Positions 18,592 through 27,296 of a stretch of DNA of 38,148 nt are shown one piece after another. Below the pieces are notes generated by a model. The model had not been told where the DNA came from. It made no database searches and saw nothing but the letters and a program-made list of their open reading frames with translations. Numbering within the stretch: position 1 is the first letter of the stretch; every line of letters starts with the position of its first letter. Origin of the DNA: Candidatus Bathyarchaeota archaeon (lineage in GTDB: Archaea > Thermoproteota > Bathyarchaeia > Bathyarchaeales > DTEX01); assembly GCA_018397055.1 (NCBI GenBank), contig JAGTQS010000003.1:1-38148 (forward strand), in the 5' to 3' direction. The position numbers and the translations under genes are program-made.

Positions 18592-19674
18592 ATGGAGCGA
18601 AGTATTGAAGAGATAGCTAGAGAAGCTATCCCGCAGATAGCTGTGTTAGGAATCGGTGGAGCCGGGTGTAACATCATATCATGGATGAAGGGAAAAGAAG
18701 TCTCAGGTGCAAGAGTCTATGGATTAAACAGCGACGCTCAGCACTTAAGCATTACAAAAGCTGACCAAAGGGTACTCTTAGGATACAAGGTTACTGGCGG
18801 TCTAGGATGCGGAGGTTTTCCAGAACAAGGTGCAAAAGCTGCTGAAGAAAGCTTGGAAGAAATTGAAAAACTCATCTCAGGCATGGGGCTAGTCTTCATA
18901 ACGACAGGTCTTGGCGGTGGAACAGGGACAGGCGCATCTCCCGTAGTAGCAAAATTAGCGAAAGAAATGGGTGCTTTAACATTAGCAGTAGTCACAACAC
19001 CGTTCTCAGTGGAGAGAGCTAGACTCATAAAAGCAAAGGAAGGCCTGAAGAGACTTGTTGAGGTATGCGACGCAGTAATAGTTATCGACAACAACAGGCT
19101 CAGAAAGGTCGCAGGCAACTTACCACTTTCCGAAGCTTTCGCAGTTGCTAACGAGCTGATCGCAACCTTCATAAAGAACACTGCTGAAACCATAGCTACT
19201 CCAAGCCTCGTCAACCTCGACTTCGCAGACCTGAAAGCAATCATGATGGGAAGCGGAGTTTGCGCTATGGGTGTCGGCGAAGGCCAAGGAGACACAAAAG
19301 TCGAAGATTCAGTAGAAAGAGCGCTAAACGCACAGCTACTTGACATCGGCGACATAAGGAAATCCGAAGGTGCACTGGTCCACCTCGAAGGAGGAGATGA
19401 CATGACCCTAGAGGACGTTAACAGAGCTGGAGAACTGGTCATAAGCAGAATATCTCCAACTGCAAGAGTCTCATGGGGCGCCCGCGTCAACAGCGCAATG
19501 CAAGGAACCATGCGTGCAACAGTGGTCCTAGCAGGAGTCGAAAGCCCATTCCTTGTAGGAGAACTCCCACCGCTAGGTGCGATGGCGGCTCCAGCAGGAG
19601 AGGGACAGCAAGTCGAAGTCAAGAAGGAAGCACCACCTAAGAAAGGATTCTTTGGAAAGCTCTTTAGCGAGTAA
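18592..19674 (+). CDS. ftsZ: Cell division GTPase FtsZ
   Basis: GIGGAGCN, NSDAQHL, GLGGGTGTG tubulin signature, TTPF..E and the T7 loop VNLDFAD. Confidence 0.95.
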   Translation: MERSIEEIAREAIPQIAVLGIGGAGCNIISWMKGKEVSGARVYGLNSDAQHLSITKADQRVLLGYKVTGGLGCGGFPEQGAKAAEESLEEIEKLISGMGLVFITTGLGGGTGTGASPVVAKLAKEMGALTLAVVTTPFSVERARLIKAKEGLKRLVEVCDAVIVIDNNRLRKVAGNLPLSEAFAVANELIATFIKNTAETIATPSLVNLDFADLKAIMMGSGVCAMGVGEGQGDTKVEDSVERALNAQLLDIGDIRKSEGALVHLEGGDDMTLEDVNRAGELVISRISPTARVSWGARVNSAMQGTMRATVVLAGVESPFLVGELPPLGAMAAPAGEGQQVEVKKEAPPKKGFFGKLFSE

Positions 19675-19703
19675 ACACCTAAAACGTATAGGAGACAAGC
19701 AAA

Positions 19704-19970
19704 ATCAACGAACCAATAACTTACATAATACTACTGTTTGCTGCTGTGGCGGTGCTGATAATCCTGTACATTGCTATAAAAGCCTTTAAACCTCCCACTA
19801 TGTTTTTTGCATTAGACGAATCAGTCGAGCAGCTTGTAACCAAGCTAAGCTGTCCAAAATGCCGTTCAAGAAGATTGAAGCCCATAGGGCGATACACTAT
19901 TGAGTGTGCGAGCTGTGGCTTCATATTCAGTGTAGGAATGGTAGCTAAAAAGCCAGTGATTTCAAGCTAA
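19704..19970 (+). CDS. Small membrane-anchored zinc-ribbon protein downstream of ftsZ (start uncertain: GTG 19746 or upstream)
   Basis: Hydrophobic N-terminus plus CPKC...CASC; frame open back to 19692, with GGAG SD at 19691-19694. Confidence 0.65.
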   Translation: MNEPITYIILLFAAVAVLIILYIAIKAFKPPTMFFALDESVEQLVTKLSCPKCRSRRLKPIGRYTIECASCGFIFSVGMVAKKPVISS

Positions 19971-20165
19971 TACGTTGCCGAATATAGGCTGACAGCAATA
20001 TGGATCTCGGCTGATTCGTGTTCCCTTTTTTTAAAGATAAATTTTTGAAAGATTTGTTTTCATTTTCGTTTCCACAATGACTTGCAGTATAGACTTTTTG
20101 TTCATAACTATTTTAGGCATAGGTAACCGTTTTCGAAACATATTTACAATATCGCGCTATTACTC

Positions 20166-22097
20166 ATGGAAGGACTGTGGTTGTTTAGGAAACAATATGT
20201 AGTAGTCTTGAAAATTCTATTGTTACTAACATCCGTTTATGTCAACGCAGGGTTCATGCCAAGCATTACAGTAAGGGCATCAAGCACGCCAAACATCCCA
20301 TATAATCTTGGAAACTGGACTTATGTGACGAAGCCTGTTTATCCTGTAAAAATAAATGCTTCTCAGATTCCTATAGGTTGCAATTGGACGCTTGTTTATA
20401 CCCTGAGATGTGATTCATTTTACCACATTTATTTTTATGGAGATTGGATTAGTACCCTAACAGACTATGACATATATGTTTACGATCCGAATGGCAAGCT
20501 TGAAACCCTTCATACTGAGGCAGCAGGGCTTCCTGAACATTTAGGCACAACTGTCGATGATCCGTTTTTCAAGCCAAATCATTCGGGGAACTATAGTTTT
20601 CTTATTGTTAACGACCTTAAGGAAAGCCATGGAGAAGCTGCAGCGACTTTTATGCTGATTGAAAATATCGAATGTAATAGATGGCATGAACGATATATTA
20701 CTGGCAAAGTCAATTTTGAACATGTCTATAATACTACATGGGCTTACGAATTCTCAACAAACAGTAGCAGAGTTGAAGTAATAATCGACGTTCCAAACAC
20801 GCTAGACATGTATGAAGCTAGGCTTTATATTATGGCGAATCCCAGCAAAAACCTTGGAAGTCTTATGAACGGTAAACCAGTAGCTTGGGAACCTGGTCTA
20901 TATGGCATTCTCGATGCTTCAAAGATGTATGGAGGCTATAACTTAGAAGATGATGGATTTAAAATTTCACCTGCAACTGCAAGCTGCGAATACTTTGGAG
21001 ACGACATGTTCATTAACTACACATCTCCATCAAAAGGAAGCACAATCTTATATCATCTTGTTTTGATTGGTGAAAATGGAAATGGCGTATTAAAGTTTAT
21101 GATAAAGACCGACTTTAATCCCCCTGAAATCAGCATTCTGAACCAAGTTTCAACTGTTATTGAAGGAAATGAAACTATAATAACTGTAAATGTGAAAGAT
21201 CAAGATTCTTTGAAAGCAGTTTTGTTGAAATATTCAAATGACGGTTGGAGAACTGTTACCTCAGCTTCGATGAGTCACGTCGCTAATCAGACATATAGGT
21301 GTACAATTCCAGCACAACCAGCAGGAACAACAATAAATTATGTGATTTCAGCCTCAGATATAGCTGGAAACGAAGCTGAGACTCAAGGAAGCTTTAAAGT
21401 CAAAGATCAACCTAATCTAACAATCTTCTTGCATCAGAATATAATCTATGCTAATGAGAAAGTTGAGGTCTCAGGACAAATGCCAGTTCCTGGAGCTGTG
21501 ATAATGCTTAATTATACTTGCAGTGACAAAGAAGTTGTCCGATACGTAACGGTTAGCCAAAATAGCTCATTTACCGATTTATTCATGCCTGAAAAAATTG
21601 GCAATTGGACAGTCTCGGCGTATTGGCAAGGTGATGAAACCCATTTCGCGGCTTCAAGCGATCAAAAAAAGTTCGTTGTTCAGAAAGTTCCGACATCACT
21701 TAATTGTTCAATTTCTAAAGAAACAATAGATTTAGGAAGCAAAATCACAATCACAGGTAATGTTCATCCCATTAATACCGGGAAACCTATTAAGTTAGCC
21801 TTTACGATGCCTAATTCTACAGTCACCGAAAAATATACTTACGTAAATTCTGAGGGAACATTCAGTATTGAACTTACACCTCAAATGCCAGGAACTTGGA
21901 AAGTACAGGCGTACCTAGCAGGAGACAATGTGTATTTGCCTTCGACAAGCGAATCCTTACAATTTGTAGTTAATGATACGTGGTTAAATATCATAGTGTC
22001 TTTCATTTCTCAAAACCTCATATACATCGTAGCTGCAATAGGCGCAACAGTCTCCGCTGTGGGATTTTTCATATATTGGAGGAGAAGAGGAGAATAA
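20166..22097 (+). CDS. Secreted cell-surface protein with Ig-like repeats and C-terminal membrane anchor
   Basis: N-terminal signal-like segment, many N-x-S/T sequons, two Ig-like repeats (G.W.V.A...GD..Y/F..S.S), C-terminal TM plus WRRR. Confidence 0.8.
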   Translation: MEGLWLFRKQYVVVLKILLLLTSVYVNAGFMPSITVRASSTPNIPYNLGNWTYVTKPVYPVKINASQIPIGCNWTLVYTLRCDSFYHIYFYGDWISTLTDYDIYVYDPNGKLETLHTEAAGLPEHLGTTVDDPFFKPNHSGNYSFLIVNDLKESHGEAAATFMLIENIECNRWHERYITGKVNFEHVYNTTWAYEFSTNSSRVEVIIDVPNTLDMYEARLYIMANPSKNLGSLMNGKPVAWEPGLYGILDASKMYGGYNLEDDGFKISPATASCEYFGDDMFINYTSPSKGSTILYHLVLIGENGNGVLKFMIKTDFNPPEISILNQVSTVIEGNETIITVNVKDQDSLKAVLLKYSNDGWRTVTSASMSHVANQTYRCTIPAQPAGTTINYVISASDIAGNEAETQGSFKVKDQPNLTIFLHQNIIYANEKVEVSGQMPVPGAVIMLNYTCSDKEVVRYVTVSQNSSFTDLFMPEKIGNWTVSAYWQGDETHFAASSDQKKFVVQKVPTSLNCSISKETIDLGSKITITGNVHPINTGKPIKLAFTMPNSTVTEKYTYVNSEGTFSIELTPQMPGTWKVQAYLAGDNVYLPSTSESLQFVVNDTWLNIIVSFISQNLIYIVAAIGATVSAVGFFIYWRRRGE

Positions 22098-22120
22098 AAG
22101 GAAACACGCAGTTTACCGTT

Positions 22121-23932
22121 CTATTTGTATGAACCCCAGAACGGCGTTGTTTTTCTCATTATTTCGATATATTCATTTAAACAATCCAGCTCAGATTGAT
22201 CTAGTCTATCTTGAAATTTTGAGAGCAATTTTTTCACGTGGTCTTCCGAAACTTCAACATAAAGTATGTCTTCCTCTTTGAAGTGTCGACCTACGATAGG
22301 TTTATCCATTGAAATAGCAACCTGTTTCCCAACTTCAGCGGAGGAAATTGCCTCACCTTTCTCTTGAATCTGAAGTATCTCTCCCACTTCCTTCCCATCT
22401 GTGGTAATCAGTCGTACTCTGGGTTGAATTTTTCCAGCTAAAACATCAACTCCAACTATAGCCGGCTTGGCTTTCCTAAAGACATATCCTGGAAGAACCT
22501 TAACTTTGCCTGGTCTTATAAGCCTGTCAAATTCGGTTTTTTCTCGGGCTTCTTTTTCCTGCCTCATCCATTTCAAGTATTCGTCGACCAGATGATAGAT
22601 TACCTTTTCCCTGAAAACTGGAATTTTCCGATTTTCGGCCTCTTCTACAGCGTCAGGTAGAATTTTTACGTTGAAGCCTAAGATAGCTGCGTACAAAGGC
22701 TCGTTTTCTTTAACCACAACGGCTTCTGCGATGTCTCTTTTTGAAATGTCGCCAACGTCGGCTAGTCTTACAGGTATGTTTTCTCTTTGCAGATTTTCAG
22801 CTATCGCCTCTAAGGAACCTAAAGTATCCGTTTTCAGAATTACACCATCAATGTTAGTTGACACTCGAATCTTCTGTACTTCCTCCGAAACCTCATTAAC
22901 ATAGTTTGCCAGCTCGGTTCGAGAAGGTACCACATAAATGGGAGCCCCAGCTAACGCATCATCAAGATTTGGCGCAACAATTTTAACACCAGCAGCCGCA
23001 GATACCTCGTCCACAACTGAAAATTTATCTCTCGGATCCCTAATTTCGTCAAGCGGTTTAGGTAACAGAAGAGCCCGAACCGTTGTTTCAATCGGTTTTT
23101 CTTTTCCGCCTAAAACTATAGTGTCATTTTTTCGAAGAACACCGTCATAGATGATGACATTAACCGTTGTGCCAAGCCCAGTTTCTTCTTTGACCTCAAG
23201 AACAGTGCCTTTTGCAGGACCAGTTGTAGTTTGAAGCCTATTCTTAAGGAATTGTTGCGCCAAATCTTGATGATGCGTTTGTTGCGTAAGCCCTATTAAC
23301 ACAGCTATAAGCTCTGTAATACCTTCACCTGTTTTGGCGCTTGTTGGAACAATAGCTATTGTACGCGTAAAATCGCTGATCCTGTCAAACCTATCTGCTC
23401 TGAAACCAATTTCAGAGAATTTCCCAATAATATTGTACAAGTGTTCATCTACGGATTGTTGAACAAACTTATCTTGTTTCTTGTAAGATTCCATGAAAGA
23501 AAGGGTAGAGTGAGGAATCCATCCTGATATTCGGTCAACCTTGTTCGCTGCCACGACAAAAGGCGTCTTTCTAGATTTTAGGATTTCAATAGACTCGAAA
23601 GTTTGGGCTTCAAATCCCTTAACAATGTCTATAACTAAAATTGCGATGTCAGCAACTCCGCCGCCTCTTCTTCTCAAATTCGTGAAAGCCTCATGTCCCG
23701 GCGTGTCAATCACTAGAAGACCTGGGATTCGTATATCCCCGCCAATCCTTTGAAGAAGTTGACCAGCCAATTCCTTTAATGTTTCAACTGGAAAGAAGCT
23801 AGCGCCAACGTGTTGCGTCATACCCCCAGGCTCTCTTGCTTGAACATTGCTTTTTCTTATTTGATCAAGCAGTAAAGTTTTTCCTGTATCAACATGCCCG
23901 AGAACGCACACAATTGGTTGTCTCAGCGGCAT
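22121..23932 (-). CDS. infB: Translation initiation factor aIF5B (IF-2)
   Basis: LRQPIV, GHVDTGKT, GMTQHVGA, DTPGHEAF, NKVD, SAKTGEG and DTLGSLEA. Confidence 0.97.
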   Translation of the reverse strand: MPLRQPIVCVLGHVDTGKTLLLDQIRKSNVQAREPGGMTQHVGASFFPVETLKELAGQLLQRIGGDIRIPGLLVIDTPGHEAFTNLRRRGGGVADIAILVIDIVKGFEAQTFESIEILKSRKTPFVVAANKVDRISGWIPHSTLSFMESYKKQDKFVQQSVDEHLYNIIGKFSEIGFRADRFDRISDFTRTIAIVPTSAKTGEGITELIAVLIGLTQQTHHQDLAQQFLKNRLQTTTGPAKGTVLEVKEETGLGTTVNVIIYDGVLRKNDTIVLGGKEKPIETTVRALLLPKPLDEIRDPRDKFSVVDEVSAAAGVKIVAPNLDDALAGAPIYVVPSRTELANYVNEVSEEVQKIRVSTNIDGVILKTDTLGSLEAIAENLQRENIPVRLADVGDISKRDIAEAVVVKENEPLYAAILGFNVKILPDAVEEAENRKIPVFREKVIYHLVDEYLKWMRQEKEAREKTEFDRLIRPGKVKVLPGYVFRKAKPAIVGVDVLAGKIQPRVRLITTDGKEVGEILQIQEKGEAISSAEVGKQVAISMDKPIVGRHFKEEDILYVEVSEDHVKKLLSKFQDRLDQSELDCLNEYIEIMRKTTPFWGSYK

Positions 23933-23966
23933 AAGGCTCTCCCCTCGTACGTTTATTTATAAATTT

Positions 23967-25058
23967 TTAGTTTGAATGCAAGCTTACTTGTAGAATCTGT
24001 TTCCAATCAACGTTTTCTTTTACTAATTTTGTTGCTTTTTTTATTCTTTCCTCGTCTGTTGGCTTAATTCTTCCAATGATTTTCTGTACCATTTGCAGGG
24101 TGGTATAAGTATCAAAGGGCACTAGAATTATGGGAATTCTAAGGTCGTCTGCTCGTGGAAAAATCTTTACGCTTGGGTACAAATTTCCTGTCAGAATCAT
24201 CGCTGAAACACCTGCCTCTAAAGCAGTAAAAATAATATCTGTCCTGTCTCCTCCAGTTATGACAAGTTCGTCCTTAGCTTTTCGGAAGTATCCAGCTGCA
24301 CTTTCAGGAGTCATTGCGCCTATAAGAACTGTCTGCACAGTTCTATTCATGCCGTCTTTGCCAGCTAGGATTTTTCCGCCAATTGCGTCTTGAATTTCCT
24401 TTACTGTGAGGGCGCTTAACGTTTTATCCTCAGGAATAATGCCTACAACGTTTATTCCGCTTTTTTCAAGTGCAGGTTTAATAACGTTTTTTGCTTTTTG
24501 CATTTTAGCAGAAGAAACCTGGTTTAAGATGACGCCTAGAATGCTGGATTTCCATTTCGAGATATAGTCTAAGGCTTGTAAAATGTTGTCTACTATGAGG
24601 TCGTTCTCGTACTTTTCGACAAGAAGTATTTTAGCACCAAAATCTGCTGCTAATTTTGGCACAGGACATCCGATAAAAGATCCAACAGATAAAGCTGGAG
24701 GGCCCTCAATCAAAACCAAATCTTTTTCTTCGGAAGCATTTTTATATGCTGTTAAAATTTTATTTGAAACCTTCTGTAAACTGACTTTAATAAACTGCTC
24801 TAGCAACATGTCTCTATGAACAACAAAGGGACAAACCTGATTTACATCAACTTCTAGATTCAAAATTTTTCTCATAGTTTCAGCGTCTTCGTCTCTTGGT
24901 TCTCCCTTTTCATTTAACGAGTACTGTAAACCTATTGGCTTAAAATACCCCACGCTTTTTCCTAAATCTTTAGTAGATATGCGCGCTAGCGCTATTGTTA
25001 TGATGCTTTTACCTGAAAGTTCTTTGGTTGATGCTATATAGATTGCTCTTTTACTCAT
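23967..25058 (-). CDS. Phosphotransacetylase N-terminal-like protein (BioD-like AAA_26 + DRTGG), lacking the catalytic PTA domain
   Basis: SGKS, GYFKPIG, VLIEG, GVILNQV, IGAM and VITGGDRTD. Confidence 0.88.
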   Translation of the reverse strand: MSKRAIYIASTKELSGKSIITIALARISTKDLGKSVGYFKPIGLQYSLNEKGEPRDEDAETMRKILNLEVDVNQVCPFVVHRDMLLEQFIKVSLQKVSNKILTAYKNASEEKDLVLIEGPPALSVGSFIGCPVPKLAADFGAKILLVEKYENDLIVDNILQALDYISKWKSSILGVILNQVSSAKMQKAKNVIKPALEKSGINVVGIIPEDKTLSALTVKEIQDAIGGKILAGKDGMNRTVQTVLIGAMTPESAAGYFRKAKDELVITGGDRTDIIFTALEAGVSAMILTGNLYPSVKIFPRADDLRIPIILVPFDTYTTLQMVQKIIGRIKPTDEERIKKATKLVKENVDWKQILQVSLHSN

Positions 25059-25071
25059 CTTTCTCTCCTTC

Positions 25072-27177
25072 CTAAGCCAATTTGTTAATTGCCATTTTTA
25101 TATCTACTGCAACACATCCTTTTTTCTCGTTATAAACAAAGAGTGGATTTATTTCCATTTCAACAATTTCTCTAAAATCTGTCATGATCTGGGAAATCCT
25201 TAGGATTACATCAACTAGGGAATTGATGTCTGAAGTAGGTTCACCTCTCACGCCTCTGAGAAGCGTATACGCCTTTGTTTCTTCTATCATTTCTTCCGCC
25301 TCTGATCTTGTTATAGGACATAATCGGTATGACACGTCTCTCAGAAAATTGACGTAGATTCCTCCCAACCCAAACATCATGAGAGGTCCAAATTGCGGAT
25401 CTCGAACAGCGCCGACAATTACCTCTTTGCCTTGAGGAACCATTTGTTGAACAGAGATTCCTAATATTCGGGCTTGAGGCATAAAACTGTGAACTTTATT
25501 CATTATGTTTTCGTAATTTCGTTCGACTTCCGCTCGCGAAGTAATGTTGAGGACAACTCCGCCAACATCCGTTTTATGAAGAATTTCTGGCGAAATGACT
25601 TTCATAGCTACAGGATAACCAATTAAATCTGCTATGTCTCCTGCTTGTTTAGATGAGTGGGCGACCATCACTTTGGGGACAGGTATTCCAAAGGAGTCTG
25701 CAATCTTGAAAGCTTCCTCAATTGTAGAAGTTAAACGGTCATCTTTTCTAATCGTATCTAACGTGTTTCTTACGATTCTATGGTCAACTTGAATTTGGAA
25801 CATCGGCTCTTGCTTTGGCCTCTTTAGGATTGAGGCGTATTCATACATTTTCTTAAGAACAAATGCTGTTGACTCTGGGAAAGGATAATTTGGTATATCA
25901 TTTTTTAACAGTGTCTTTATAGCAGATGAATCGTCGTCAAGACCCATAAAAGCAGTCACAATTGGCTTGTTTGATGATTTTCTGACTTCAGCAATTACCT
26001 CTGCAACTCTATCTGAAGGTGTCATCGCTTGAGGAGTTAGAATAACTATTATCCCATCTACATTTTGGCTTTTTAGCCCAATTTTGAGGGCCAGCTCATA
26101 CCGTTTCTCGTCTGCGTCTCCTAATATATCTATAGGATTATTTAAGCTAGCATGCGGCGGTAAAGAGCAACGTAGTTCTTCTCTAAGATTAAGTTCAAGA
26201 AGTGGAAGGTTTAGACCCATTTTTTCGCATGCGTCAGCAACAAGGATTCCTGGTCCTCCACCATTAGTGATAATTAACACGTTTTTGTCTCTAGGCAACG
26301 GCTGATTTTCAAACGCCAAGACTAATTCAAACAGTTCCTCCAACTTATCAACCCTGATAACGCCTGCTTTCCTAAAAGCAGCTGAAAAGGCTACATCAGA
26401 ACCAGCAAGTGAGCCGGTGTGAGATGAAACGGCCCGTACCCCCACATCGGTTGTTCCTGACTTTAGCACAATAACAGGTTTTTTCATTGAAATTTTCTTA
26501 GATACTTCAATAAAGCGAGGCCCATCTTTAACGCCTTCTATGTACAGTCCAACAGCTCTTGTCTGCTCGTCTTCAGTGAGAGATTCAAGGAAGTCTGCAG
26601 CTGTCAAATCAGCTTCGTTTCCCAAACTTATGAAACTTGTGAAGCCAACCTCGTTTTGGAGAGCCCAGTTTAGTATTGTGCTCCCAAGTGCTCCGCTTTG
26701 AGAAATAAAGGCAATATTTCCAGTAGTAGGCTTAGCTGAGGCAAATGTGGCGTTCATGCGATTTTGTGTATTGATTAGCCCAAGGCAGTTTGGACCTTGC
26801 ATTCGAATGTTGTATTTTCTACAAATTGCTAAAAGTTCTCTTTCTAGCTGTGTTCCTTCTCTTCCTGTTTCGCTGAACCCTGCTGAGATGACAACTATTC
26901 CTTTTACCCCTTTTTTTCCGCATTCCTCAGCAATTATAGGCACAATTTTTCCAGGAACCACGATGACTGCTAGGTCAACCTGTTCCGGCACATCCAATAC
27001 GCTGCTGTAACATTTCAAGCCCAGTATTTCGTCTGCTTTTGGATTAATTGGGAAAAGACGACCTTTAAACCCGTATTCAATAAGGTTTTTTACTATTTTG
27101 TGTCCTACTTTTTCTGGCTCTCTGCTTGCGCCAATAACCGCGATGGATCTCGGCTTAAAGAATGCGTCTAGTGGCAT
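25072..27177 (-). CDS. acd: Acetate--CoA ligase (ADP-forming), fused alpha/beta subunits
   Basis: IAVIGAS CoA-binding fold, GPNCLG, SQSGA, phospho-His SSHTGSLAG, TNGGGPG, ATP-grasp HKTDVGGV, FGLGG and EINPL. Confidence 0.93.
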   Translation of the reverse strand: MPLDAFFKPRSIAVIGASREPEKVGHKIVKNLIEYGFKGRLFPINPKADEILGLKCYSSVLDVPEQVDLAVIVVPGKIVPIIAEECGKKGVKGIVVISAGFSETGREGTQLERELLAICRKYNIRMQGPNCLGLINTQNRMNATFASAKPTTGNIAFISQSGALGSTILNWALQNEVGFTSFISLGNEADLTAADFLESLTEDEQTRAVGLYIEGVKDGPRFIEVSKKISMKKPVIVLKSGTTDVGVRAVSSHTGSLAGSDVAFSAAFRKAGVIRVDKLEELFELVLAFENQPLPRDKNVLIITNGGGPGILVADACEKMGLNLPLLELNLREELRCSLPPHASLNNPIDILGDADEKRYELALKIGLKSQNVDGIIVILTPQAMTPSDRVAEVIAEVRKSSNKPIVTAFMGLDDDSSAIKTLLKNDIPNYPFPESTAFVLKKMYEYASILKRPKQEPMFQIQVDHRIVRNTLDTIRKDDRLTSTIEEAFKIADSFGIPVPKVMVAHSSKQAGDIADLIGYPVAMKVISPEILHKTDVGGVVLNITSRAEVERNYENIMNKVHSFMPQARILGISVQQMVPQGKEVIVGAVRDPQFGPLMMFGLGGIYVNFLRDVSYRLCPITRSEAEEMIEETKAYTLLRGVRGEPTSDINSLVDVILRISQIMTDFREIVEMEINPLFVYNEKKGCVAVDIKMAINKLA

Positions 27178-27296
27178 TCTACTGCCTCTAACTATTTAGT
27201 GCTAAGGCTTTGCGTTAGGAAAGCATTGTCGAATATTTATGTGTAGCTTATTTCAATATAAATGATAAAAAAATAATCTCTTGATGGTGTCGCTGC

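Noticed and set aside
18738..19622. 294-aa antisense ORF
   Set aside because: Shadow of ftsZ caused by its codon bias; no recognisable protein features.
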